Shown here in pieces: positions 30,276 to 40,822 of a DNA stretch of 64,000 nt. The stretch's first letter is position 1. Every line of letters starts with the position of its first letter. A model generated the notes under the pieces. It made no database searches and was not told the DNA's origin. It saw nothing but the letters and a program-made list of their open reading frames with translations. The stretch spans positions 1,792,001 to 1,856,000 of the forward strand of contig OZ242186.1 in assembly GCA_965205675.1 (NCBI GenBank), written 5' to 3'. The translations under genes and the position numbers were made by a program. Source of the stretch: Nitrosopumilus sp. Lineage in GTDB: Archaea; Thermoproteota; Nitrososphaeria; Nitrososphaerales; Nitrosopumilaceae.

Positions 30276-30536
30276 TTACCAGTCCGTGCCCTCATATGGA
30301 GTCGGTTTGGCTTTAGGATGAGATTCTCTAAATCTCCAAACTTGCCAAATAATTGTACCAGATACTACTGCACCTACAGTAAATGCAACAGTCATCATTC
30401 TGTAAAACAGATTCCAAATGACTACTCTACGATCAAGATACTCTCCAGGTTCATCACCTGCGGCAAATGCCAATTCCACAGCTGGAACTATCATCAAAAC
30501 TGCCAATACTAAGAATAATCCGACCAAATTGTTCAT
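30276..30536 (-). CDS. small membrane protein, probably the separated N-terminal TM part of subunit II
   Basis: Signal peptide plus TM helix ending WRFRE; first gene of the cox operon. Confidence 0.7.
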   Translation of the reverse strand: MNNLVGLFLVLAVLMIVPAVELAFAAGDEPGEYLDRRVVIWNLFYRMMTVAFTVGAVVSGTIIWQVWRFRESHPKAKPTPYEGTDW

Positions 30537-30625
30537 TAGCGATTGAATGACGTGGACTATAATTTCTATTTAAGGGTTTTCAAGATTAGGCTTCCTAGAA
30601 ATCATCCATAAAACTAACGCAGAGA

Positions 30626-31500
30626 TCAAACACATTCTATGACATTATACGCCGATACTCGATAGAGTAACTCTGTTTTCATAGCATCATTGTATGATTT
30701 GATTTCAGAATCAAACCTTCTTTTCACTACAGAAAATACTGTCTCAGTTTTATTCCGTTCATGGTACAATGTTTCATCAAATTCTTTGCTCATCAGTTTT
30801 CTATATTTGCCATGCGTATATGAAATTGGATTATCCACTCTAACTGGGAATGATTGAGAGAATAGACGTCTTGCGTAATTATTTCTAGGCGTGAATTTTG
30901 CTGCAGGATTTTTCAAATTGGTTGAGAAATTTGAATTTTCAGGTATGAATTCTGTTAAAATACAAAATTTGAGAAAAATCTCTATAATTACGCAAGAGGT
31001 CTAATATTCTCTTATCTCTAATTTGCTTATGAACTGATTCTGCATCATATCCTTTCTCTAACACCATTGTATTCATTGGAATAACATCATACATTTGAGA
31101 GAATGGTTTTGGGAAATGTTTGATATCATGAGATACAAGATAGTACTGAATCACAACTGCACAAATCAACTGGGATTTCATATCAGATCCTGCTGACATT
31201 TTTGTAAATACATGCCTGAGATTGCATCTGTAAGAATAGTAATGGTGTTAGCAGGTCTGTTTTCAAATCCTGTTGCATCAATTTCTGCAAATATTGCACC
31301 CTGAGATATCATTCCAATGAATCTGCCAATTGCAACATGCAGTAAAACGTCACTCAATCTAGCAGTATGATGTGTTTTGGTGTATTGAAAATGTGTGTTT
31401 TGATTTTGGATGCAAAAACAGTGAAACATTCATTTTCTTTAGAATCCGGTGCATGAGGGAAATCATGCGTTGGTATTTGTTTTTCATAAAATGGCGGAAC
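30626..31500 (-). pseudogene. degraded IS5-family transposase interrupted by a MITE
   Basis: EIDATGF, KGYDAE, YHERNKTETVFSVVKRRF fragments. Confidence 0.7.
30864..31002 (-). mobile_element. MITE, second copy (AAT target duplication)
   Basis: Reverse complement of 18433-18572; AAT on both sides. Confidence 0.88.
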
Positions 31501-31588
31501 TGGAAATACATTCATTGAACAAGATGATCTGTTTTGTGTTACAAATAGGTGAAATCTAGATGATTTCTATGTAGTCCAAGATTATTAG

Positions 31589-32212
31589 CTACCAACCTTG
31601 ATCGAATCTAGAAGGATGCATTACGTTAAGCCCTAAAAGAGAGAATTTTTGATCTTTTTCCCTAAAGATGTTAAGAGATGCATTTGCAATAATTAGTTCA
31701 AAGAGATTGGTCGGTGATAAATCAACAATTGTAGAGAGCATTGCTTTGATTGGATCCATATGAGTTACAAGAACTACGTTCTCATCAGGATGTTTTTCAA
31801 TAACGTGATCAACAATTCCTGAAACTCGTTTTTTGACTTGATCAAAAGTTTCTACACCATTATGAGCAATTTCTAATTCACCGTTATAGAATTTCATAAA
31901 GACATTACCATGACTGGTAAAAATTTCATCATATTGCAATCCAGTGAATTTTCCCATATCAAGTTCAATTAAACGATCATCTATTGTTACATCAACGGAA
32001 TTGCGTTTACCAGTAATTTCTGCAGTGTGTTTTGCTCGTTGAATAGGACTAGAGTAAATAGCTGAAATATTCATATGTTCAAGTAATTCAGCAGTATGTT
32101 CTGCTTGTTTAATACCAGTTTCAGTTAGAGGGACACCTTCTGTTCGTCCAGCAAGTATCCTATCAATATTATTTTTTGCTTGTCCATGTCTAAGAAAAAT
32201 GATCTGCCCCAA
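31589..32212 (-). CDS. histidine phosphatase / phosphoglycerate mutase family
   Basis: LRHGQ, YSSP..RA..TA, LVTH. Confidence 0.9.
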   Translation of the reverse strand: MGQIIFLRHGQAKNNIDRILAGRTEGVPLTETGIKQAEHTAELLEHMNISAIYSSPIQRAKHTAEITGKRNSVDVTIDDRLIELDMGKFTGLQYDEIFTSHGNVFMKFYNGELEIAHNGVETFDQVKKRVSGIVDHVIEKHPDENVVLVTHMDPIKAMLSTIVDLSPTNLFELIIANASLNIFREKDQKFSLLGLNVMHPSRFDQGW

Positions 32213-32262
32213 TTTGATCGATTTTCAAATAGAGATAATAATAACATTGTCAGACAAACATC

Positions 32263-32934
32263 ATGAAAATTGGAATTATTGGTGGAACTGGTGGGATGGG
32301 TAAAGGATTTGCGTTGAGATGGTCCCAAAATAATGATGTTATTGTTGGCTCTAGAGATGCTACAAGAGCATCAGAATCTGCTACAGAATATACAAATCTT
32401 GTAAAAGAAGCATTTGGAGAAATAAAAGGAACTATTGCTGGAAACGACAATATTTCTGTTGCAAAAGAAAGTGACGTTTTGATTTTATCAATTCCATATG
32501 AGAATATAGACTCTGTATGTTCAGGAATATTATCAGAAATTAAAGAGAGTTGTATAGTAGTATCTCCAATTGTTCCAATGACAAAAACAGATATTGGTTT
32601 TGAGTGTGTTTCAATTAAAGAAAATAAACCATTTTCATACAAACTTGTTTCAAAACATATGAAAGATAAATCAAGATTAGTTTCAGCATTTCATGTAATT
32701 TCTGAAAAGAAACTAATCAATCCAACATTAGAATTAGATTATGATATCTTTGTTTGTGGAGATGATAAAGAATCTGTACAAGTTGTAAATGGTTTAATTG
32801 ATGAAATCAAAGGATTAAGATCAATATATCTAGGACCTATTGAATTATCATATCTAGCAGAAATGTCCACACCACTATTGCTAAATGCAATGATTAGAAA
32901 CAAAATGAAAAACCCTGGCATCAAAATCATCTAA
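32263..32934 (+). CDS. npdG: F420H2:NADP+ oxidoreductase
   Basis: MKIGIIGGTGGMGKG, VGSRD, SAFH, VCGDD. Confidence 0.88.
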   Translation: MKIGIIGGTGGMGKGFALRWSQNNDVIVGSRDATRASESATEYTNLVKEAFGEIKGTIAGNDNISVAKESDVLILSIPYENIDSVCSGILSEIKESCIVVSPIVPMTKTDIGFECVSIKENKPFSYKLVSKHMKDKSRLVSAFHVISEKKLINPTLELDYDIFVCGDDKESVQVVNGLIDEIKGLRSIYLGPIELSYLAEMSTPLLLNAMIRNKMKNPGIKII

Positions 32935-32951
32935 ATCTATTTCCACTTATC

Positions 32952-33185
32952 ATGAGTCATGAGTATTATAGACGGGGTAAAAATTGGTATACCGCAATTG
33001 GAGTGATGTTTTGTGTTATGGGAGGAATTGTTCTTATCCAACAATTATTGATTTGGGGAATAGATTTTGTAGCAGAATTCTTGTTAAATGCTGAGTTTAC
33101 AAATGAGAAGGTTTCTGTAGCAATGTTAGGCTTTGGGATTTTTATGATAGCATTAGGATTTATGAAACATGAATCAAAGAGATGA
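32952..33185 (+). CDS. small membrane protein
   Basis: 77 aa, two TM segments. Confidence 0.65.
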   Translation: MSHEYYRRGKNWYTAIGVMFCVMGGIVLIQQLLIWGIDFVAEFLLNAEFTNEKVSVAMLGFGIFMIALGFMKHESKR

Positions 33186-33570
33186 ATTCCTGAAAAAACA
33201 AAAAATATTACGATTAGCTACAGTAGGTGAAAATAAAACTCCACACATTACTCCTGTGTGGTATAGATATAATGGAAAAAAATTCCATATTGGAACAAAT
33301 ACTAGAACACAAAAGGCAAAGAATCTGCAAAAAAATAAACATGTTTCTTGTTGTATAGATGTAGGAACTAATGCCCCAAATATCTATGGTGTTTTAGTTC
33401 AAGGAAACGCAAATATTATTTTAGAAAAGTCAAAAGTTAAAATAATTGCAAAGAAAATTCTTTTGAGATATTTTAAAACATTAGAGAATAAATCAGCAAA
33501 AGAACTATTAGATAAAACAGACTGTATTATAGAAATAATACCTAAAAAATTTACAGTTTGGAACTACTAA
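33169..33570 (+). CDS. pyridoxamine 5'-phosphate oxidase-like (F420/FMN split barrel)
   Basis: RLATV..PHITPVWY..QKAKNL. Confidence 0.85.
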   Translation: MNQRDEFLKKQKILRLATVGENKTPHITPVWYRYNGKKFHIGTNTRTQKAKNLQKNKHVSCCIDVGTNAPNIYGVLVQGNANIILEKSKVKIIAKKILLRYFKTLENKSAKELLDKTDCIIEIIPKKFTVWNY

Positions 33571-34735
33571 CAAATTTTTCGATTTTATTCATTGCAGAAT
33601 CTAAGACTTCAAGATTTGGTAAATATACTAATCTAAAATGCCCACTTCCATATTGTTTTCCAAATCCAGAACCATGAACAGTGAGTACACCTTTTTCTTC
33701 CAATAATTTTGTTATAAATTCCTTATCAGTTGCAAATTTATTGTTTTCAATTTTTGGAAATGCATAAAATGCACCTTTTGGATTAGAACATGATAATCCA
33801 GGCATTTCATTTAGTCGTTTGACAACAAAATCTCTGTGTTTTTTCATTTCTGAAACAAAATCATTGATGTAGTTTTGAGGTCCACGTAATGATTCCAAAG
33901 CAGCATATTGTACTGGAAGACTAGTTGCAATTCTAACTCTGGCTAATTTTGGAAGATGCTCTCGTAATTCTGTTAATTGAGGAGATTGATTAAATGCAAT
34001 ATATCCAATTCTCCAACCAGACATTAGATGAACTTTAGAAAAACCATTTAGAACAATAACTGGGGAATCACCAGCTACTTTGCCAATCCCAACAAATTTT
34101 TCATCAAATACTATCTGATCATAAATCTCATCACAAATAATGTAAAGATTATGTTGATTTGCAATATCTACTAATTCTTGTAATGCTTTTTCATTAAACA
34201 CGACTCCAGTTGGATTATTTGGACTGATGAGACATATAGCTACAGTCTTTGATGTAATTTTTGATTTAATATCATCAATATCAGGAGTAGAATTATTCAA
34301 ATCTACTGCAAATTCTACTGGAACTCCACCATGTAATCTGACATAGGAAGCATATGGAGGATAGTAGGGTCCTGGGAGTAGTACTTCATCACTTTCTTCA
34401 ACTATTGAAGAGATGACCATATCAAGTCCTTCAGACACCCCATTTGTAATTAAAATATCATCAGCAGTAATAGATAATCCTTTAGCATTTTCTTTTTTAG
34501 CAATTTCTTTTCTTAGCTCTAATAGACCTTCAGATGTAGAATAGAAATTATCACCATTGTTAATTGAACCAATCAAAGCTTGTTTTACATTATCAGGAGG
34601 TTGAAAACCAAATTGTACAGGATCACCAATGTTCAGATAATCAACCGGCATTCCTTTTTCTTCAATTTTTCTAGCAATTAGAACAATATCCCTGATAGCA
34701 TATTCTACTCCAACTACTTTTTTTGATACCTTCAA
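33551..34735 (-). CDS. class I/II PLP aminotransferase (AlaA-like)
   Basis: LNIGDP, SPNNPTG, DEIYD, SKVHLMSGWRIG. Confidence 0.92.
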   Translation of the reverse strand: MKVSKKVVGVEYAIRDIVLIARKIEEKGMPVDYLNIGDPVQFGFQPPDNVKQALIGSINNGDNFYSTSEGLLELRKEIAKKENAKGLSITADDILITNGVSEGLDMVISSIVEESDEVLLPGPYYPPYASYVRLHGGVPVEFAVDLNNSTPDIDDIKSKITSKTVAICLISPNNPTGVVFNEKALQELVDIANQHNLYIICDEIYDQIVFDEKFVGIGKVAGDSPVIVLNGFSKVHLMSGWRIGYIAFNQSPQLTELREHLPKLARVRIATSLPVQYAALESLRGPQNYINDFVSEMKKHRDFVVKRLNEMPGLSCSNPKGAFYAFPKIENNKFATDKEFITKLLEEKGVLTVHGSGFGKQYGSGHFRLVYLPNLEVLDSAMNKIEKFVSSSKL

Positions 34736-35109
34736 AGTATCTAGACAAATATTTAGACCATACTTTACTATAGCTATTTTTATTCATTTGATCAATTTTT
34801 CATGTAATCTCATGGTTTCGCTTTTTTCATTTGATAGAGTTGTGACTTTTACGCCTAATCCCCTACCTTTTCAGGACCAGAAATAATGAGACCTCAAAGT
34901 ATGGATCTTCGTGTAAAGTAGCAATAAGACTTTGTTGTTATTATTTCATGACTATGAATATTACCTGATATGGTTGAAGTAATACTTTGTTGTCATAATT
35001 TGTACATGTTACTATTGGAGGGAACTGGTAAGTTAGCGTTACACTGTTCAATCTCCGGAGCTTTTCAACTGCCTGTTAAATTAGAGACTTTTTGTGTTAA
35101 GTTAGGGTC

Positions 35110-37281
35110 TTAATTCAGATCAAGAGGTTTCCAGTCTGAAAAATCCTTTTCATCATACTCATATTCCTCATTGTCATTGTACAACCATTCACCATTCTCA
35201 AATACTGCAATACCACCAAAAACCTTCTTGGACTTGTTGTTTCTGATGTATCTAGATAATGCCTCTGCCTTTGGTTTGGCAATCTTGGCTGTAAATCCTG
35301 CTTTTGTGTCGTATAGACCTATTCTGCCATCATTCATGCGAATAACAAAGTCAACATAAAATGCGTGAGGTTCTCCAGTCTCAGGATCATCATACTTTAT
35401 GGCAAAGTATTTCTTGTCATTGACCTCATTTTTAAACCACCATTTCACGTTATTTTCTTCTTCAAGAAAATCCATGAATCGGATCTCATTTTGTATGTCT
35501 GTTTTGATATAAGCTGGTGACATTATGCATTTTTTGTAGTCTTTTTTGTCATAGACTTTGGTATATTCTGTATTTTTTGGTATATTCCATTTTTGAATAT
35601 CTTCTGTTTCACGATTGATTTTTTCAACAACATCTCTGGTAAACTGAGATTTTGATTCAGATATTGCCCTGATAAAATGATCCTTATTTTTTGTAGACAA
35701 TGTTATGTTTGCCATGTCCATAAGATCAGTTATTTTGGTGTTTTTCTCAAAAAATTGATGAATACATCTTTTTATGATTCCGTGAGAGTGTTCTTTTGCG
35801 AAAGGTTCTGACATTTCTCTTGCAAATGAATCGAATCTATTTTGTAAATTCATTGCATCAGATTGTCTAATCAGTAAAGTTCCTTGAAGACTTTGGTTTT
35901 TATCCAATTCTATAATCTCTGCATCAGATATTAGATTCTGTTCTAATTGTGGAACATTCAATGAAATTTTATCTATGATATGTTGTCTGTTTGCAACATT
36001 AGAAAAGATCTTGCGAAATTCTGCATTAAGACGAGTTTTTTCATGTTTTCGTTTTATGTATATGGATTTTAGATCAATATCCTCATGAAGATCTTCTCTT
36101 CGTATGGACTCATAAATTGTAATATAGTCTCTTGTGACATCTTCGGCAATCTGTACTTCTTCAATGTTTGTGTATACATAGGCATGATTTAATTCATCAT
36201 TATCATAATGTCTTATTTCTGGCATTCTAATTATTCTGCCTATTGTCTGTATAGAAAATTCAAATTTTTTCCATTCTCTAAATAACACAAGAATTGATGA
36301 ACGTGGACAATCCCATCCTACAGTAATTGCCTGTTTAAAGATTAAAACTTCAACCTCATTTTCATTTTTTTCAATATTTTCAAGATTTACCTTGTTGTCT
36401 TTGTCTGAAAGATAAATTGCAAGTTTACCATTGTTTGTATTTATTCCAAACCTTGAGTTCAAGAGTTCGATTACTTGATCTTTTCTATCCGACATTCCTT
36501 TGCGTGAATCAGGTAATTGTATTAATACCAGAGGATTCACACTAGAATTTTCATTCTCATAACTTTTCTTTAATTCCTGTCTTTTTTCAAGAGCTGTCTT
36601 TATGATTAATTCATCTGTTGTGCTACCTTGAGTATTTCCAAGATGATAATTTAATCTTACAGAATTTTTCACCATCTCTTCATCTTTGACTTCTTGAAGA
36701 TCAATACTTTGAACATAATCAGTATCAGAAATTTTAGGCGTAGCTGAAACCTCTATCGTTACCTTTGGGTTTATTTTTTGGATTATTTCTCTTGATTTTT
36801 CAGAGCTTGCAGTATGATGACTTTCATCAATGATTAGGATTATTTCTCTACCTTCATCTTTTGTATTTTCTATGACTTTTGATAGATTAAACTCATTTTC
36901 ATTTTCTCGTATGTAGATATTTTTTTCTTGGTTTATACTCTGCCAGTTGAAAAACAAGATTTCTTTATCCTGTATCTGTTTGTCTTGTAAATCATTGAAA
37001 TTTGCACATCCTACAGTTTGTAAATCCTCGTAATATTTTTCTAATTTTTCCTTACTTTGGTCATGTAGTTTATGAACAGTAATCCAAATAAATGCAATTT
37101 CTTTTCCATCCTTTCTATTATCTACAAGTCTCTTGATCAGTTCAGCCATCATGATTGTCTTACCTGATCCAGTCGGAGACTTGAAAATGCAAATTTTCTT
37201 TGATTCTAAATTAAGAAATTCATCTATTTTTTGTTTTAACTCACTTACGTGTTTTTCTTGATAATTTCTTAGTCTGAACAT
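35110..37281 (-). CDS. res: type III restriction endonuclease Res subunit
   Basis: SPTGSGKT, IIDESHH, GWDCP, QTIGRIIR helicase motifs; FYVDF..YDTK PD-(D/E)xK nuclease. Confidence 0.9.
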   Translation of the reverse strand: MFRLRNYQEKHVSELKQKIDEFLNLESKKICIFKSPTGSGKTIMMAELIKRLVDNRKDGKEIAFIWITVHKLHDQSKEKLEKYYEDLQTVGCANFNDLQDKQIQDKEILFFNWQSINQEKNIYIRENENEFNLSKVIENTKDEGREIILIIDESHHTASSEKSREIIQKINPKVTIEVSATPKISDTDYVQSIDLQEVKDEEMVKNSVRLNYHLGNTQGSTTDELIIKTALEKRQELKKSYENENSSVNPLVLIQLPDSRKGMSDRKDQVIELLNSRFGINTNNGKLAIYLSDKDNKVNLENIEKNENEVEVLIFKQAITVGWDCPRSSILVLFREWKKFEFSIQTIGRIIRMPEIRHYDNDELNHAYVYTNIEEVQIAEDVTRDYITIYESIRREDLHEDIDLKSIYIKRKHEKTRLNAEFRKIFSNVANRQHIIDKISLNVPQLEQNLISDAEIIELDKNQSLQGTLLIRQSDAMNLQNRFDSFAREMSEPFAKEHSHGIIKRCIHQFFEKNTKITDLMDMANITLSTKNKDHFIRAISESKSQFTRDVVEKINRETEDIQKWNIPKNTEYTKVYDKKDYKKCIMSPAYIKTDIQNEIRFMDFLEEENNVKWWFKNEVNDKKYFAIKYDDPETGEPHAFYVDFVIRMNDGRIGLYDTKAGFTAKIAKPKAEALSRYIRNNKSKKVFGGIAVFENGEWLYNDNEEYEYDEKDFSDWKPLDLN

Positions 37282-38918
37282 ACGCAAATATCCTCTTGTA
37301 TACATTTAGTATTGCGGAAGGTATTGGTTTTAAAGTTACTAATGATCGGATATTTTCAAACTCATCTGTATTTACTTCATCAGTCAATGAAAATACATAC
37401 GTATTGATTTTTTTATCCAATTTTAGAACCTCTTTTTTGAATGATTCTATTCCATCATTAATAGATAATTCCAAGATATTTATTCTCATGATTCTTGAAT
37501 ATTTTGAATTGTTTTCCTTTTTTGACTAGTTCAAAACAATCTTCTTTTAAGCATAACATTTCTGTTGATTGTTCCACCATCACCCTCTTATTCTGATCTG
37601 TTGGTTCTGAATCTACAAACAAAGTTTTGAAATATTTGAGATTACCACCTAATCCGTCTATTTTTTTATCTTTGACACTCTTGTAACCCTTGATCACTTT
37701 TTTTAATCTTGGATAACAAACATCAGTACAAATATTATTTTCATTATTTGTACAGAGAATAAATTTTCTGTTTCCTTCATCCTCTTTATTCAATTCCATT
37801 ACTGCATGTCCTGTAGTTCCCGAACCCGCAAAGAAATCTAAAATCAAGGACTCTTTGTTTGAGGCAATTTGTAAAATCCTTTTAATTAGTCTAACTGGTT
37901 TTGGTGTAGAAAATACATCATCAGGCAAAATATTTTGTAGTTCTTGTTTTGCTTCTTGATTATCTCCAGCTTCATCTCTTAACCAAATTGTTTTTGGTAT
38001 TACTCCATCTCTAACATCTGATAAAAATCGCTTAAATCTAGGCACATTATTTCCAGATTTTCCAAAATATATCCTATTATCTTTTATCAATTCATCAAGT
38101 TTTCTTTTTGAAAATCTCCAACTTGTACCTTTAGGAGGCATAATTTTTCTACCACTTGGAGTTATTATTTCATATATGTCTTTTTGATTTGGAGTTTTCA
38201 CTTGTAATGGACCTGATGCCCAAACACCTCGAGAATCATTATCTTGATTTTTATAAATTGATAATTGAGATTCCATTCGGGTTAAAAGATTAATTTTTAA
38301 TTTTTTTGAATCTCGTGCATATACAAAAATAAAATCATGATTGTCTGAAAAATATTTTGCATCATTAGAAGACGTATGTTTTTTCTGCCATATTAAAGTG
38401 GCAATAAAATTATTTTCATCAAAAATTTCATTACATAATAATTTTAATTGAGCTTGTTCATTATCATCAATAGAAATAAAAATAATTCCTTTTGAAGAGA
38501 GTAATTTCTTTGCCAGTTCTAATCTCTTTTTCATAAATGATAGCCATTTACTGTGTTTGTATGTATCTTCTCTATCTACAATCTTATCATTATACGTAAA
38601 TTCATTTCCAAGATTATAAGGAGGATCAATATAGATAACATCTATTTTTTCTTTATGACTATAATTCAAAACTGAAAGTGCATGATAATTATCTCCTTCA
38701 ATCAAAATATTATTGGGTTTTGATTTATCTTCAATTCCATTTTTTGTAACATCTTTTAGAACTGGAAGTTTTTTCTTTACTTCTTCTTCAAAAACTTCTT
38801 TAACTCTTTCCTCATCCCAAATTAGACCATATTTTTTTCTCTTGTTCAGTTTTTGAATTTCTTTAACAAGTTCTGGTTTACTCCATTTTTTATAATCGAT
38901 TTTTCCGTTAACTGCCAT
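37241..38918 (-). CDS. mod: type III DNA methyltransferase Mod, frameshifted near 37460
   Basis: IEGDN, YIDPPY, TPKP, LDFFAGSGTTG; C-terminus continues in ORF 37241-37489. Confidence 0.85.
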
Positions 38919-38924
38919 GAATCA

Positions 38925-39062
38925 TCACTTTGATTTTTTTGGGTTACGATCCCAGTAGACACTTTTGCACTTTGCACAACGTAATGGTTTTTCTCCATCT
39001 CTAGACAACCATTCATGATCACATCTACAACATTTCCAAACCTTGCGTGTAACCGTTGGCAT
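38925..39062 (-). CDS. 45-aa zinc-ribbon protein leading the mod-res operon
   Basis: MPTVTRKVWKCCRCDHEWLSRDGEKPLRCAKCKSVYWDRNPKKSK. Confidence 0.7.
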   Translation of the reverse strand: MPTVTRKVWKCCRCDHEWLSRDGEKPLRCAKCKSVYWDRNPKKSK

Positions 39063-39158
39063 CACTAAAGGTGATCACCACTTCTATAAAAACATTCACT
39101 AAAAGTGATCACTTAAAATATTAAAATTTATATACACTATTAGAGTCCACTAATAGTG
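39062..39158. promoter_or_regulatory. divergent promoter region with four CACT-N3-AGTG-type palindromes
   Basis: CACTAAAGGTG 39063, CACTAAAAGTG 39097, CACTATTAGAG 39135, CACTAATAGTG 39148; TATA-like boxes near 39085 (-) and 39127 (+). Confidence 0.6.
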
Positions 39159-40505
39159 ATGTCTACAAACAATAAAAGAAAACAAAAAGCAACACAAATT
39201 TTCTCAAAGACAAACTCAATTAGAAAAATTACAAATAATCACTATGTTGTAAATTCACAAAATTCAGATAAAAAATATAACATCAAAAAATTGTCCAAAG
39301 TTGATGTATGGACTTGTGAGTGTAAAGATTTTCATTATAGATTGAGAAAAATGGATGATAAGCATTGCAAACATATTCGAGCTTGTTTGTTACTTCAAGA
39401 TACAATAAACATAGAAAATAAAATAGAGAAAACAGAACAACCTCAAGTTTGTCCAAAATGTAGTTCTACTACAATAATTAAACGTGGATTTAGGAAATTA
39501 AAGAATGGTACAAAGAGACAAAAATATGGTTGTAAACAATGTAATCGTAAATTCATTTTGGGTGAGAACGGATTTTCCAAAGTTTCATCTGATCCAAAAA
39601 TAATCTCTGAATGCCTTAACTTGGTTATGTCGGGTGTTTCATACAGAAATATTGCAAGACATGTTTACTCTACACATGAAATTAAAATTAGTCATGTATC
39701 TGTAAATAACTGGATAAAGAAATACACTTACATGATTAAAGAATATGTGGAATCATTTTATCCTGAATTAGGTGATGTGTGGTCACTTGATGAAATGTAT
39801 CTTAATGTTAAAAATACAAAGAAAACAGGTAAAGGATTTCATGACTGGTTATGGAGTATCATTGACCCAAAAACTAGATTTCTAATTGCTACAGAAGTTT
39901 CCAAAAAGAGGGAAATTTCAGATGCAAGAAAGATTATTGCAAGGGGTAAAAAATCAATCTCAAAAAACCCAAATTATGTTCTAACTGATTCTCTAAACTC
40001 ATACCAAGAAGCAATCAGAAAAGAGTTTGAAAATAGAACTGCACATGTGAGAACCAAATCTCTCAAAGATGGATTTGTGAATAGACCTATCGAAAGATAC
40101 CACAATGAAATTAGGGAAAATACTAAAACTAGACGTGGACTAGGTAACGATGATTCTGCTCAAGACTTTGTAGAACTGTTAAAGATTAATCATAATTTTG
40201 TAAAACCACATCAAGGATTAAAAGGTAAAACGCCAGCTCAAGCTGCAAATATTGACTTGAATCTGGGCAATGACAAATATTTAGATTTAATCAAACAAGC
40301 TGGAAGCAAACCAAATTTTGTAAATAATCTAGGGAAACGAATCAAGAAAGTAACTATTGTAAATGAAGGTGATTGTATCAGGATAATTCCTAAATGTTGG
40401 ATCGATAAACACATCTGGCGAGAGATTAATGATATATTGAGACTATATGGATTTGCATGGTTATCTAATGGAAAAGACAGTTATTGGATCAAGCTAGTTT
40501 CCTAA
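39156..40505 (+). CDS. IS6-like DDE transposase with N-terminal SWIM and Zn-ribbon domains
   Basis: CECKDF..CKH (SWIM), CPKC..CKQC, WSLDEMY, LTDSL..Y, IERYH, HNFVKPH..L.GKTPAQ. Confidence 0.85.
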   Translation: MMSTNNKRKQKATQIFSKTNSIRKITNNHYVVNSQNSDKKYNIKKLSKVDVWTCECKDFHYRLRKMDDKHCKHIRACLLLQDTINIENKIEKTEQPQVCPKCSSTTIIKRGFRKLKNGTKRQKYGCKQCNRKFILGENGFSKVSSDPKIISECLNLVMSGVSYRNIARHVYSTHEIKISHVSVNNWIKKYTYMIKEYVESFYPELGDVWSLDEMYLNVKNTKKTGKGFHDWLWSIIDPKTRFLIATEVSKKREISDARKIIARGKKSISKNPNYVLTDSLNSYQEAIRKEFENRTAHVRTKSLKDGFVNRPIERYHNEIRENTKTRRGLGNDDSAQDFVELLKINHNFVKPHQGLKGKTPAQAANIDLNLGNDKYLDLIKQAGSKPNFVNNLGKRIKKVTIVNEGDCIRIIPKCWIDKHIWREINDILRLYGFAWLSNGKDSYWIKLVS

Positions 40506-40536
40506 ACTTTTTGTATGTGTAAAATTCATCAAAATC

Positions 40537-40635
40537 ATGAAAACATTTTGTAAATGTGGATGTCAAACACCACTAACTGATTACGAGTATCGTAAATTTT
40601 CAGGATATAAAAGAGGGCATGAACCATTACCATAA
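40537..40635 (+). CDS. 32-aa CxCGC..GH micro-protein
   Basis: MKTFCKCGCQTPLTDYEYRKFSGYKRGHEPLP. Confidence 0.4.
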   Translation: MKTFCKCGCQTPLTDYEYRKFSGYKRGHEPLP

Positions 40636-40654
40636 TTTTATTCAATGAATAGTC

Positions 40655-40822
40655 ATGTTAGGTATAGAAGTATCAGATCAAGAAATAGTCAAAAGACTAA
40701 AGGAAACAATAGAATTTCTCAAAGTTGAATCTGTTGGAGGTATGTGGAATACGCCTCAACTAATAGATATGCTAGAGGATTTACTTAAAGAAGATTCCAA
40801 GATTTACAAAAATAATAATTAA
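40655..40822 (+). CDS. 55-aa hypothetical protein
   Basis: MLGIEVSDQEIVKRLKETIEFLKVES..; inside the transposon. Confidence 0.4.
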   Translation: MLGIEVSDQEIVKRLKETIEFLKVESVGGMWNTPQLIDMLEDLLKEDSKIYKNNN

